NCBI GenBank assembly: GCA_040752795.1
Contig: JBFMGH010000646.1
Span: 1-59,375, forward strand
Reading direction: 5' to 3'
From: Cyanobacteriota bacterium
GTDB lineage: Bacteria; Cyanobacteriota; Vampirovibrionia; JBFMGH01
Length of the DNA stretch: 59,375 nucleotides
The translations under genes and the position numbers were made by a program. The notes beneath the pieces are model-generated. The model saw nothing but the letters and a program-made list of their open reading frames with translations. It was not told where the DNA came from and searched no databases. Of the stretch, positions 24,968 to 33,920 are shown piece after piece. The stretch's first letter is position 1, and every line of letters begins with the position of its first letter.

Positions 24968-25879
24968 TTAGCTATTGAATATCTTATAAAGTCGGCTTTT
25001 TTCTAAAAAAGTTTCATCTTCTTCATTTGATTTATTAAGATATTCAACAACTTTATCCTGTTCGCCTTTTAGGTTATATATTAAAGCTGTTCTTGCAAAT
25101 ATTAAGGCTCTATTTGGTTTTAATTCAATAGCTGTTTCATAAAATTTAAGTGCCTCATCATATTGTTCAAGTTTATAATAGCTGTTAGCTATCCATATAT
25201 TTACGTATTCATTTCCTTCTGAGAATTTAAGCACTTTTTTAAGCATTTTTATGGCATCGTCATAGCTACCAAGCATATAAAATGTGTAGCCTATAGCTAT
25301 ATAAAGACTTAAGTGTTTTTGATCTTGCCTTAAAGCAGCTTCAAAAACCTTAATAGCCTTGCCAAATGATTTTTCAAGTGCATAAATAGACCCTAAAAAG
25401 ATCAGTGCATTAAAGTTAATAGGGTCAATCTGTAAGCCCTGTATAAGTTCTTCAATTGCTTTGGAATATAGGCCTTTCTCATAGAATGTTTTAGCAACAA
25501 TAAAGTGCATATTAGGTCGCTCAATTTCAACATTGAGATCTTTTAGAAGTTTATCCAGTGCGAAAAATGCCAGTTGCTTTTCAATATAAATATCACCATA
25601 TTTCCAATAGAGGTCTATATTATCAGGTTCTATGAATAATGCCTCTTTTAATTCTTCCAGGGCAAGGTCATTATCGCTTTTTAGGTAATAAATATCAGCT
25701 GTATAGATATAAGCTTCTATACAATCAGGGTCTATCCTTATTGCGTGGTTAAATTCGTCCATTGCTAATTCGATAAATTTCCTTTCAAAGTAGATTTTAC
25801 CAAGACTTAAATGTGCTTGCAGGTCGTCTTCGTTTTCCTCAACTCTTTTCAGGTATTTATCTATTTCAAGTTCAGACAT
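24968..25879 (-). CDS. TPR-repeat protein
   Basis: 303-aa ORF with about 8 consecutive 34-aa TPR units, for example AHLSLGKIYFERKFIELAMDEFNHAIRIDPDCIEAY. Confidence 0.8.
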   Translation of the reverse strand: MSELEIDKYLKRVEENEDDLQAHLSLGKIYFERKFIELAMDEFNHAIRIDPDCIEAYIYTADIYYLKSDNDLALEELKEALFIEPDNIDLYWKYGDIYIEKQLAFFALDKLLKDLNVEIERPNMHFIVAKTFYEKGLYSKAIEELIQGLQIDPINFNALIFLGSIYALEKSFGKAIKVFEAALRQDQKHLSLYIAIGYTFYMLGSYDDAIKMLKKVLKFSEGNEYVNIWIANSYYKLEQYDEALKFYETAIELKPNRALIFARTALIYNLKGEQDKVVEYLNKSNEEDETFLEKSRLYKIFNS

Positions 25880-25880
25880 C

Positions 25881-26696
25881 TTAACCCTTTTTCACTACTG
25901 TAATGTAGCGTTCGTGCTTAAAAGGTGAAAAATAATTTGAATACGGTTTTTCTATTTCAATGTAATTTAACCCCAAACCCTTAATAATTTGCAATTGAAT
26001 TTTAAATTCAATTTCTGATTGATTAACAACTAATATTATACCTTGCGATTTAAGTAAATTATAAGCATGTTTCAACATGTTCTCTGGTTCAAAGTATTTT
26101 AAAGGTAATCCCCAATTTAACAAGGGTTCTTTTACTATAAAAGGGAGAAACCAGGTTATAATATCATATTGATTCTCTTTGAAATCTAGTAAATTGGATG
26201 TAATATATTTTGTGTTTTGCAGGTCTTTGATGTAATACATGGCATAGTCATATCTTGAATGAAGATCCACCATTATTCTATAAGGGTCAATCTCTATACC
26301 ATCCAGGTATATTATGCGGTTTGTTTTATATGAAGGATGGAAAAGACTGAAAAAATTATTCAGGCTAATAGCATAGGAAAAGTTTTTACTTCCTATATCT
26401 AATATTTTAAGTCTTTCTATATCCCAGTTAAAAGAGACATTTTTTAAATTATCTTCAAGCAATTTAAGGGAGTAAAGGTTTTCTTTATAGTGTATTAAAC
26501 TGGAATTGTTTTTGAAACTTTCCATTTGATAATAATTGATTAATCTTTGCTCTTCTTTTATTTCTTCTTCATTACTAAATATGTTGATTTTATCTTCATT
26601 AATAATTGTTTTAATTGGTCTTGAAAACCTAATAGTATTTCTAATAGGATAAGTGAAAATGTTTATGAGATTTTTTAATATGTAAGTCACCTTCAA
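25881..26696 (-). CDS. Putative class I SAM-dependent methyltransferase-like protein
   Basis: 271-aa ORF with a TTG start. ILDIGSKNF (motif I-like) and YLDGIEIDP (post-I acidic residue) fit a Rossmann methyltransferase. Weak. Confidence 0.4.
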   Translation of the reverse strand: MKVTYILKNLINIFTYPIRNTIRFSRPIKTIINEDKINIFSNEEEIKEEQRLINYYQMESFKNNSSLIHYKENLYSLKLLEDNLKNVSFNWDIERLKILDIGSKNFSYAISLNNFFSLFHPSYKTNRIIYLDGIEIDPYRIMVDLHSRYDYAMYYIKDLQNTKYITSNLLDFKENQYDIITWFLPFIVKEPLLNWGLPLKYFEPENMLKHAYNLLKSQGIILVVNQSEIEFKIQLQIIKGLGLNYIEIEKPYSNYFSPFKHERYITVVKKG

Positions 26697-26706
26697 TTAA
26701 CTCTCT

Positions 26707-26735
26707 AAAAAAATAAAAGCAGACTGTTAGCCCGC
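26707..26735 (-). terminator. Intrinsic terminator-like hairpin between the small ORF and the methyltransferase-like gene
   Basis: The minus strand reads AAGCGGGC-UAACA-GUCUGCUU (8 bp including 2 G-U pairs), followed by UUAUUUUUUU. It ends only 11 nt before the TTG start at 26696. Confidence 0.5.
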
Positions 26736-26786
26736 TTTAAACCTCCCCCTTATTTCCTCAGATCTTTTTGCATCTATAAGCCCATT

Positions 26787-26936
26787 TTAGGCAATAATTC
26801 TTACTTGTGGAGAATAGACATAATCTTTAATAACCTTTTCTCTAAGCATATAAGAAGGCGTAGGTATAACGAATAAGTTGTGAACACGGGTAACTTTAAC
26901 TTTTTCCACACTCCTGCCCAAATTAATATTATTCAT
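26787..26936 (-). CDS. Unannotated small ORF (49 aa) with a strong Shine-Dalgarno
   Basis: AGGAGGAGAAA precedes the ATG at 26934-26936. Hand translation gives MNNINLGRSVEKVKVTRVHNLFVIPTPSYMLREKVIKDYVYSPQVRIIA. TATAAT (minus strand, 26954-26959) lies upstream. Confidence 0.45.
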   Translation of the reverse strand: MNNINLGRSVEKVKVTRVHNLFVIPTPSYMLREKVIKDYVYSPQVRIIA

Positions 26937-27169
26937 TTTCTCCTCCTAAGACGATTATATTTAAAGATCCCTGATAACCATTCCCTGTATTAAATATTTT
27001 CACCTTTTTAGAGGAGGTTTACATCAATCATCAGGTTACAAGTGACCTCCACCATGTGGTGTAGACCACATTTGTAAATTGCCAACATAAAGTTTTAGCA
27101 CTTTAAAAGCAGGTTTTTCTGGAATGAAGTAATTGTTTTCAAGGTTCAGTATACTTGAATGAATATTGT

Positions 27170-30100
27170 TTATTTTGCTGAAATCAATTCACATTTAGCA
27201 TTGAATTTATGTCCTATTCGGCCTTTGATAACTCCTGCCAGCTCTTCTGAAGCATTAACCCAGAAATGGCTACTTGTTATCATTGTTAAAGAAGTTCCTT
27301 TATTGTCCAGCTTTATTATTACCGGGTCAGAACCTTTATATTTTAGTATTATATTTTTAAGTTCCATAATATCTGTATAGTCGGCTTCGGGTGTTAAAGC
27401 AATATTCATTAGTTTTGCTTCTTTTACGTCTTTAGCCTCATCTATTACTATGCTGATATTGACTTCTTCATCACCTCTGTGCTGCACTTTGCCCTTTATA
27501 ATTACTTTAGAATCTTCTTCCAGCAGGGGGCCATATTTATCAAGAGTGTCACTGTAGGCTACAATCTCAACATTTCCACTTAAATCTTCCAGAACACCAA
27601 TTTTCATTAGCTTATTATTCTTGGTTATGATTTGTCTCATGCTGGTTATTAAACCTGCTATGGCAACAAATGATCCCTCTTTAACTTCCGAAAGCTCAGA
27701 TACCTGGTGAGTTGTAATGATTGGCAAATGTCGCTTAATGCTTGAAAGCGGATGAGATGTAACGTAAAAACCTAAGAGTTCTTTTTCAAAAGCTTGAATT
27801 TCATTGTCTAAAAATTCTGTATCATCGCCTGCTAGCTGGAATGTAGTAGTAAGCTTGCTGTCAGGCTCTGCTTCATCAAATAGGCCGAATAAACTTATTT
27901 GTCCACTGGCACGACGTGATTTTTCTCTTTCTGATGACTGTTTTACCCCATCAATATTTTCTAATAATTGCTTACGACTTCTTTCTATATTAGCAAATGC
28001 TCCACATTTTATAAGGCTTTCAAGTGTTCTGCTATTTAAACAGGATGAATCAACTTTTAGACAAAAATCATATAAAGATTCATAAGCCGCATCTTTTCTG
28101 CCTGCAATGATTGCTTCTACTACTCCTACTCCTACGTTTTTAACAGAAGCCAGGCCAAAGCGTATACCGTCTTTAGTTGGTGTGAATTCTACACCTGAAG
28201 CATTTATATCTGGTGGTAATACTTCTATTCCCATTCTCTGGCATTCAGCTATATACATTTGAATTTTATCCTGGCGATCTCTTACGCTAGAAAGCAATGC
28301 TGCCATGTATTCAACAGGATAATGACATTTAAGGTAGGCTGTTTGATATGCAAGGAAAGCATAAGCAGCAGAGTGAGATCTGTTAAAACAATATGAAGCA
28401 AATTTTGCCATTTTATCAAATAGCTCTCTGGCTATGTCTGGATCAATGCCATTTTGAGCTGATCCATCAAGAAAAATCTCTTTTTGTTTGGCCATCTCAT
28501 CGGCTTTTTTCTTGCCCATAGCCTTTCGGAGAATATCAGCTTGTCCGAGTGTATAACCTGCAAGCTTTTGAGCTATCTGCATGATCTGTTCCTGATATAC
28601 AATTGTACCATAGGTATCTTCAAGAATATCTTCTAATAATGGGTGGTCATATTCGATTTTTTGCTTGCCATGTTTTCTTAATACAAAGTCTTTTACCATT
28701 CCTGATTCAAGTGGGCCCGGTCTAAATAATGCTACAAGAGCTCCAACATCACTAAAATTAGATGGTTTAAGATCTTTAACAAGCATTTTCATCCCGCTTG
28801 ACTCAAGTTGAAATACTCCGTCAGTCTCTCCTGCAGATAAAAGCTTGTAGGTATCTTCATCATCAAAAGGTATTTTATTAATACATATGTCTTTATTGTG
28901 GTTTGCCTTAATAGATTTAATTGTATTGTTTATTATAGTCAGGTTTCTCAGGCCTAAAAAGTCCATTTTGAGCATGCCTACTTTTTCTGAGTCAGTCATA
29001 GAATATTGAGTTATTACGATTCCTTCTTTAGAGTTTTGAATAGGTACTGTATCAGATAGCGGATCTCTTGATATAATTACTCCTGCGGCATGAGTGCCAA
29101 TGTTAAAATTTATACCTTCAATGCTTTTAGCCAGGTCAATCCAGCTTTTCATCCGTTCATCTTTGTCATAAAGTTTACGAAGTTCCTGACCATCAGCCAG
29201 TGCGTCATCAATAGTAATACCAGGCCCCTGTGGTATCAGGCTTGCTATTTTATTTGATTCGGCGAAGGGGTAGTCTAAGGCCCTGGCTACGCCTTTTACT
29301 GCAGCCCTTGCTGCTAGTGTTCCGAAGGTAATAATTTGGCATACACGGTCTTTGCCATATTTTTCTGTAACGTATTCTATTACTTTGTCTCTTCTTTCTA
29401 TGCAGAAGTCAATATCAACGTCTGGCATGCTGATTCTTTCAGGGTTTAAAAATCTTTCAAATAAGAGTCCATGTTCAAGTGGGTCAATATCTGTTATTCC
29501 GAGGCAATAGGCAACTAGGCTTCCGGCAGCAGATCCTCTGCCAGGGCCTACAGGGATTCCATTTTTTCTTGAATAATCTATAAAGTCCCAGACAATTAAG
29601 AAGTATGCAGCAAATCCCATCTGTTCAATGATGCTCAATTCATACTTGAATCTTTCTTCAATTTCAGCAGTTATATTTTCATATCTTTTCCCTAATCCTT
29701 CTCTGGCAACCTTATTAAGATATGATTCAGCAGTATAGTTGGGAGGTACAGGATAATGTGGCAATATGGTTTTGCCCAATGGTAGAGTTAGAGAGCATTT
29801 ATCGGCAACTTTAAGGGTGTTATCAATTGCTATAAACACATCGTCCGGGTTAAGGTTTTTAAACATTTGTGCCATTTCGTCGCCGTTTTTAAGATAAAAC
29901 TCCTGGCTTGGAAATCTCATTCTGCCCGGGTCATCGTAGGTTCTACCTGTTTGCAAGCATATCAATATGTCATGAGCGACATGGTCTTCTTTTTTTGTAT
30001 AGTGGCTATCATTGGTTGCCACAACTGGTATATCAAGTTCTTTGCTAATTTTAATTATATAAGGGTTAATTTTATGTTGCTCTGGCATATTATGGTCTTG

Positions 30101-30634
30101 AATTTCAAGATAAAAATCGTCTTCAAAAAGGTTTTTAAAATATTTAGCTCTTTTTATAGCGTCTTCATATTTATCATCTAAAAGATACTGATTTATTTCT
30201 CCTGCTAGACAGGCTGACATTGCTATAAGACCATCTTTATATTGTTCTAAAAGCTCATAATTTATTCTTGGCTTATAATAAAAACCTTCTATATGTCCTA
30301 TACTTACAAGTTTTACAAGATTCTGGTAGCCTTTAAAATCTTTCGCTAAGAGAACTAAATGATTATATGATCCACCTTTTCCTTTAATAGAAGTTTTATC
30401 TTTAATGTCACCATTTATAGTGTATACTTCACAACCAATAATGGGTTTTATATTAAGGCTCTTAGCTTGTTGATAAAAATCTACAGCACCACACATGCTA
30501 CCATGATCTGTTATGGCAACTGCAGGCATATTGTTAATTTGAGCATACTTCACTAAATCTTTAATCTTGGTGGCTCCATCTAAGATGCTATATTCGCTGT
30601 GAAGGTGTAAAGGAACATATGGACGTGGTGACAT
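27170..30634 (-). CDS. dnaE: DNA polymerase III alpha subunit
   Basis: 1154-aa ORF. It has the PHP domain start YVPLHLHSEYSILDGA, the polymerase core (PGRGSAAGSLVAYCLGITDIDP, MPDVDIDF) and a C-terminal OB fold. Confidence 0.95.
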   Translation of the reverse strand: MSPRPYVPLHLHSEYSILDGATKIKDLVKYAQINNMPAVAITDHGSMCGAVDFYQQAKSLNIKPIIGCEVYTINGDIKDKTSIKGKGGSYNHLVLLAKDFKGYQNLVKLVSIGHIEGFYYKPRINYELLEQYKDGLIAMSACLAGEINQYLLDDKYEDAIKRAKYFKNLFEDDFYLEIQDHNMPEQHKINPYIIKISKELDIPVVATNDSHYTKKEDHVAHDILICLQTGRTYDDPGRMRFPSQEFYLKNGDEMAQMFKNLNPDDVFIAIDNTLKVADKCSLTLPLGKTILPHYPVPPNYTAESYLNKVAREGLGKRYENITAEIEERFKYELSIIEQMGFAAYFLIVWDFIDYSRKNGIPVGPGRGSAAGSLVAYCLGITDIDPLEHGLLFERFLNPERISMPDVDIDFCIERRDKVIEYVTEKYGKDRVCQIITFGTLAARAAVKGVARALDYPFAESNKIASLIPQGPGITIDDALADGQELRKLYDKDERMKSWIDLAKSIEGINFNIGTHAAGVIISRDPLSDTVPIQNSKEGIVITQYSMTDSEKVGMLKMDFLGLRNLTIINNTIKSIKANHNKDICINKIPFDDEDTYKLLSAGETDGVFQLESSGMKMLVKDLKPSNFSDVGALVALFRPGPLESGMVKDFVLRKHGKQKIEYDHPLLEDILEDTYGTIVYQEQIMQIAQKLAGYTLGQADILRKAMGKKKADEMAKQKEIFLDGSAQNGIDPDIARELFDKMAKFASYCFNRSHSAAYAFLAYQTAYLKCHYPVEYMAALLSSVRDRQDKIQMYIAECQRMGIEVLPPDINASGVEFTPTKDGIRFGLASVKNVGVGVVEAIIAGRKDAAYESLYDFCLKVDSSCLNSRTLESLIKCGAFANIERSRKQLLENIDGVKQSSEREKSRRASGQISLFGLFDEAEPDSKLTTTFQLAGDDTEFLDNEIQAFEKELLGFYVTSHPLSSIKRHLPIITTHQVSELSEVKEGSFVAIAGLITSMRQIITKNNKLMKIGVLEDLSGNVEIVAYSDTLDKYGPLLEEDSKVIIKGKVQHRGDEEVNISIVIDEAKDVKEAKLMNIALTPEADYTDIMELKNIILKYKGSDPVIIKLDNKGTSLTMITSSHFWVNASEELAGVIKGRIGHKFNAKCELISAK

Positions 30635-30742
30635 TCTTCTATAACCTCTAGTTTCTTCAGTTTATTAAACAAAAACAATAGTATTCAAATATTATTATAA
30701 TTTGAACAATTATTTGAAACTATAAAAATTTACAATTTTAGT

Positions 30743-33259
30743 TTAGATAGTTTTAATTAACAGCCCTTTTAGTTCATTAGGGCCAAGAAGAATGGTTGTA
30801 TTTTCTGTTGGTTCAGATAGAATTTCTTTAAGAGCGTTTATTTCGGTTATAGTATTGATATTCAAGTCTGAACTCAGTTTGATTTGTTGTGGATGGCTCG
30901 ATAAGTTTAGTAATCGCAGAATTATTCCACCAGTGCAAAGGTCATACTTCAGTGTAGAGGCTATAATATTAGGGTTATTCCAGCTAATAAGAGATTTGTC
31001 AGAGCAGGTATTGGTTGACTCCCCTTCAAAAACCTGAGTACATCCCATAAATCTTTCTGCTAACATATATAGGTTATCTAAAGGTACCTTAGGATGTATT
31101 GCATATCTGGCACTGTTAAAGCCCATACATTGATTTCCTGGTACTTGTAGATCTGGGCCAGCATATGCTCCTCTTGTTGATACAAAATCTCTTGAGAGAT
31201 AACCTGTTGCTCTTAAGATAGTAACATAGAGATTATTCTCAAACACTTCATACTCGGGTAAACCTTCTGTAAATATAGCTAGATTATTTGCTTGCACAAA
31301 TCTTTGCATTGGAGCAGTATTAGTTGCTACCTCTGTTAGTTTTTCAGCGGGTATATGGTTATAAATATTATAATTGGGGTCGAAGCTTCTCTCCAGAGCA
31401 CAGAAATGGTTTTCGACCAGTGTTGAATATACATCATTATCTGTTGGAAACTTAACCTGTAAAATATGATCTTCTGCTTCATTTAACCAATCAATATTAA
31501 ATTCAAGGAGTTTTGAATTGGCATATAAGCTTATATCACATATAAATAATATCTTAGCTGTATCTGTTGAAGGAGTTTGTCTGTCTTCATTAAGTTTTTC
31601 AGGGATTTCTATTTCATAAAGTACTTCAATTGTGCCTTTTATAGGACCATCTTCAACAATATTGCTTTCAATTATTTTAGCTTTTACAGGGTTATTATCT
31701 TTTATTGGCCCAAAATTGTAGCTATCACCGCTATCCAGTCTGTGTATTATTTGATTTAATCCGGCATATTCGCAATTATTTTTCAGATCTTTTAGTTTTA
31801 CCGAGTCTTCTTCAATTATTAATTCAACTAACCCATTGTTTAAATTGTTATTTTCTATTTTAACCGGGTTTGGAATATCAATAGAATCAATTATTTTTAC
31901 ACTATAAGGAGGTATATTATCAGCCCATAATAGTTGGTTAACCTGATGTTTAACAATTGTGGCTGGTAATTGTATTTTTAAATCATTATAATATCTATAA
32001 TGTCTATCTTTAAATTCTTCGATTATCTGTGTATTTAAGTTATGATTAGTGTCATTAATCTGGGTAAATTCGATTGGACCTGTATAGGGATAGTTAGAAG
32101 AGTTAAAAACAGCGATTTTTTCTTCAGGTATATTTTTAATAAGTGTAAATAAGGATCTATTTATAAGTTCATTACAGGCTTGTTCAAGGCAATCATACCG
32201 TTGAACCATTTCTTCGTGAACTTCATCTATACTACAACCGCATATGCTATCATGAGGCTGGTTTATAATTAGCATTTTCCAGAGGTAGTCACTATCTGGT
32301 AGCTGGAAAGTATCCAGTTTAAAAGAATTACAATAGCATGTTAATGGTTCAATGATCCGGTTAATTTTATTATTAAGTTGTGCGTTGTATTGTTTTAAAT
32401 AAAGTCTTGAAGAATATACGGCTGGCAAAATATAGGTTTTGGAACAGTCCCGGAGTTCTTTCTGGACGTGTTCATTAATATTTTTACTATTAATGTTGTT
32501 AATAAACTGGCTTAAGTTACTTTGAATGAATAAATATTCTGTTTGAGCATTATTAAGTAGCTTTAATTGTGAGGATATATTTATTGGTGGTGGTCTATGA
32601 TCTCCTCCAACAGGTAAAAGTATACTGTCTAAAGTTGTTTTCTCTTTAATTTCATCTAGAAATTCTTTAAGTAATTTAACTTTATTTTCTAAATCGTAGT
32701 TTTCCTCTTCTTCGAAGATGTTAGTGTAGTATCCTTTCATAATGTGATAGGATTTTACATAGCTTCTATCCATTGAGTACCAGTTAAATTCGGTATTATC
32801 TGTATTAACACCTCTCCACATTATTGAATTATCTATGTTGAATTGCTTAAAAATCATTGGCATATCAATACTATGCCCGAAGGTATCAGGTATATAGCCA
32901 ATTTTGTTTGTTTTGCCATATTTTTCTGAAATCTTGTGTCCGAGAATAATGTTATTGATCAAGCTTTCACCGCTAACCAGAAATTCATCTGGTAATACCA
33001 TCCATGGGCCTATATCAAGCTGTCCTGATTTGATATAATTGATCAGTTTCTCTTTATTTTGAGGTTTTACTTCCAGATAATCTTCAATGACTATTGACTG
33101 TCCGTCGAGGGTGAAATATTCCAGTTCTTTCTTTTCGAACTGATCTAAAATAAGGTCAATAACTTCAATTAAACGTAACCTATATTGTTGAAAAGTTCTA
33201 TACCATTCTCTATCCCAGTGTGTGTGTATATATACATAAACTTTAGTCTGTTTAGACAT
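30743..33259 (-). CDS. Glycoside hydrolase family 38 (alpha-mannosidase / mannosylglycerate hydrolase-like)
   Basis: MSKQTKVYVYIHTHWDREWY is the GH38 N-terminal metal-site motif. I trimmed the start to Met27 (ATG 33257-33259) to remove the overlap with the sigma factor gene. Confidence 0.8.
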   Translation of the reverse strand: MSKQTKVYVYIHTHWDREWYRTFQQYRLRLIEVIDLILDQFEKKELEYFTLDGQSIVIEDYLEVKPQNKEKLINYIKSGQLDIGPWMVLPDEFLVSGESLINNIILGHKISEKYGKTNKIGYIPDTFGHSIDMPMIFKQFNIDNSIMWRGVNTDNTEFNWYSMDRSYVKSYHIMKGYYTNIFEEEENYDLENKVKLLKEFLDEIKEKTTLDSILLPVGGDHRPPPINISSQLKLLNNAQTEYLFIQSNLSQFINNINSKNINEHVQKELRDCSKTYILPAVYSSRLYLKQYNAQLNNKINRIIEPLTCYCNSFKLDTFQLPDSDYLWKMLIINQPHDSICGCSIDEVHEEMVQRYDCLEQACNELINRSLFTLIKNIPEEKIAVFNSSNYPYTGPIEFTQINDTNHNLNTQIIEEFKDRHYRYYNDLKIQLPATIVKHQVNQLLWADNIPPYSVKIIDSIDIPNPVKIENNNLNNGLVELIIEEDSVKLKDLKNNCEYAGLNQIIHRLDSGDSYNFGPIKDNNPVKAKIIESNIVEDGPIKGTIEVLYEIEIPEKLNEDRQTPSTDTAKILFICDISLYANSKLLEFNIDWLNEAEDHILQVKFPTDNDVYSTLVENHFCALERSFDPNYNIYNHIPAEKLTEVATNTAPMQRFVQANNLAIFTEGLPEYEVFENNLYVTILRATGYLSRDFVSTRGAYAGPDLQVPGNQCMGFNSARYAIHPKVPLDNLYMLAERFMGCTQVFEGESTNTCSDKSLISWNNPNIIASTLKYDLCTGGIILRLLNLSSHPQQIKLSSDLNINTITEINALKEILSEPTENTTILLGPNELKGLLIKTI

Positions 33260-33296
33260 AGTTAAATTCCTTTCTAATTTTAGAATATTGGTAAAA

Positions 33297-33851
33297 TTAG
33301 TGATGAATTCTTGATAGTACTCTTTTAGAGAGGTCAATCAATCTTTTGCTAACCTCTCCCTGGCTTATTTTAAGAGCCTGGGCAATATCAATTTGTTTTT
33401 TCCCTTCGATATACCTCATTTTAAAGATTTCCAGGAATTTCTGATCGTGAAATTCTGTATCTAAATCTTGAAGAGCTTTTCTAATAGTTTCAACTTCTTC
33501 TTTGCGAATTAAGTCCTCTTCGATACTTGGTGTAGGATCTTCAATATCATAAATGATATCAAAGTTTTCATCTGTGTTGTATGGTTGAATTATCGTTTCA
33601 GGGCTAATCTTTTTATAGCCTGATTTTAGTCTACGCAGTCGTCCTGAAGACCTTAGTACATCGAGTATAGCAGAACTGGCAACCTTATGGAGATAAGCTT
33701 CAAAGTTTACGATAGTTTCATCGCTGGCAAGCATTTTATAACAGCGTTTAAAAGTTTCGCTGCAAAAGTCCTCAAATAAATCCTCGTTTCCGCTGAATCG
33801 AGCATTAGTTCTGATAATTTTTTCTATTAGTGGCCTATATCTTTCAGGCAA
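33297..33851 (-). CDS. Sigma-70 family (ECF-like) RNA polymerase sigma factor
   Basis: 184-aa ORF. It has region 2-like EDLFEDFCSETFKRCYKML and the region 4 HTH KQIDIAQALKISQGEVSKRLIDLSKRV. Confidence 0.7.
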   Translation of the reverse strand: MPERYRPLIEKIIRTNARFSGNEDLFEDFCSETFKRCYKMLASDETIVNFEAYLHKVASSAILDVLRSSGRLRRLKSGYKKISPETIIQPYNTDENFDIIYDIEDPTPSIEEDLIRKEEVETIRKALQDLDTEFHDQKFLEIFKMRYIEGKKQIDIAQALKISQGEVSKRLIDLSKRVLSRIHH

Positions 33852-33920
33852 TGTGCTTAACCTGCTATTCCATATACATGCCTACCCCTACTAATATTAC
33901 CATTTTTTCTATGATTAGGA

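Noticed and set aside
26937-27169. Possible riboswitch or structured RNA in the 230 nt downstream of dnaE
   Set aside because: Only two short hairpins are visible, and I recognise no known riboswitch core sequence. This needs an Rfam scan, so I kept it only as context for the small-ORF finding.
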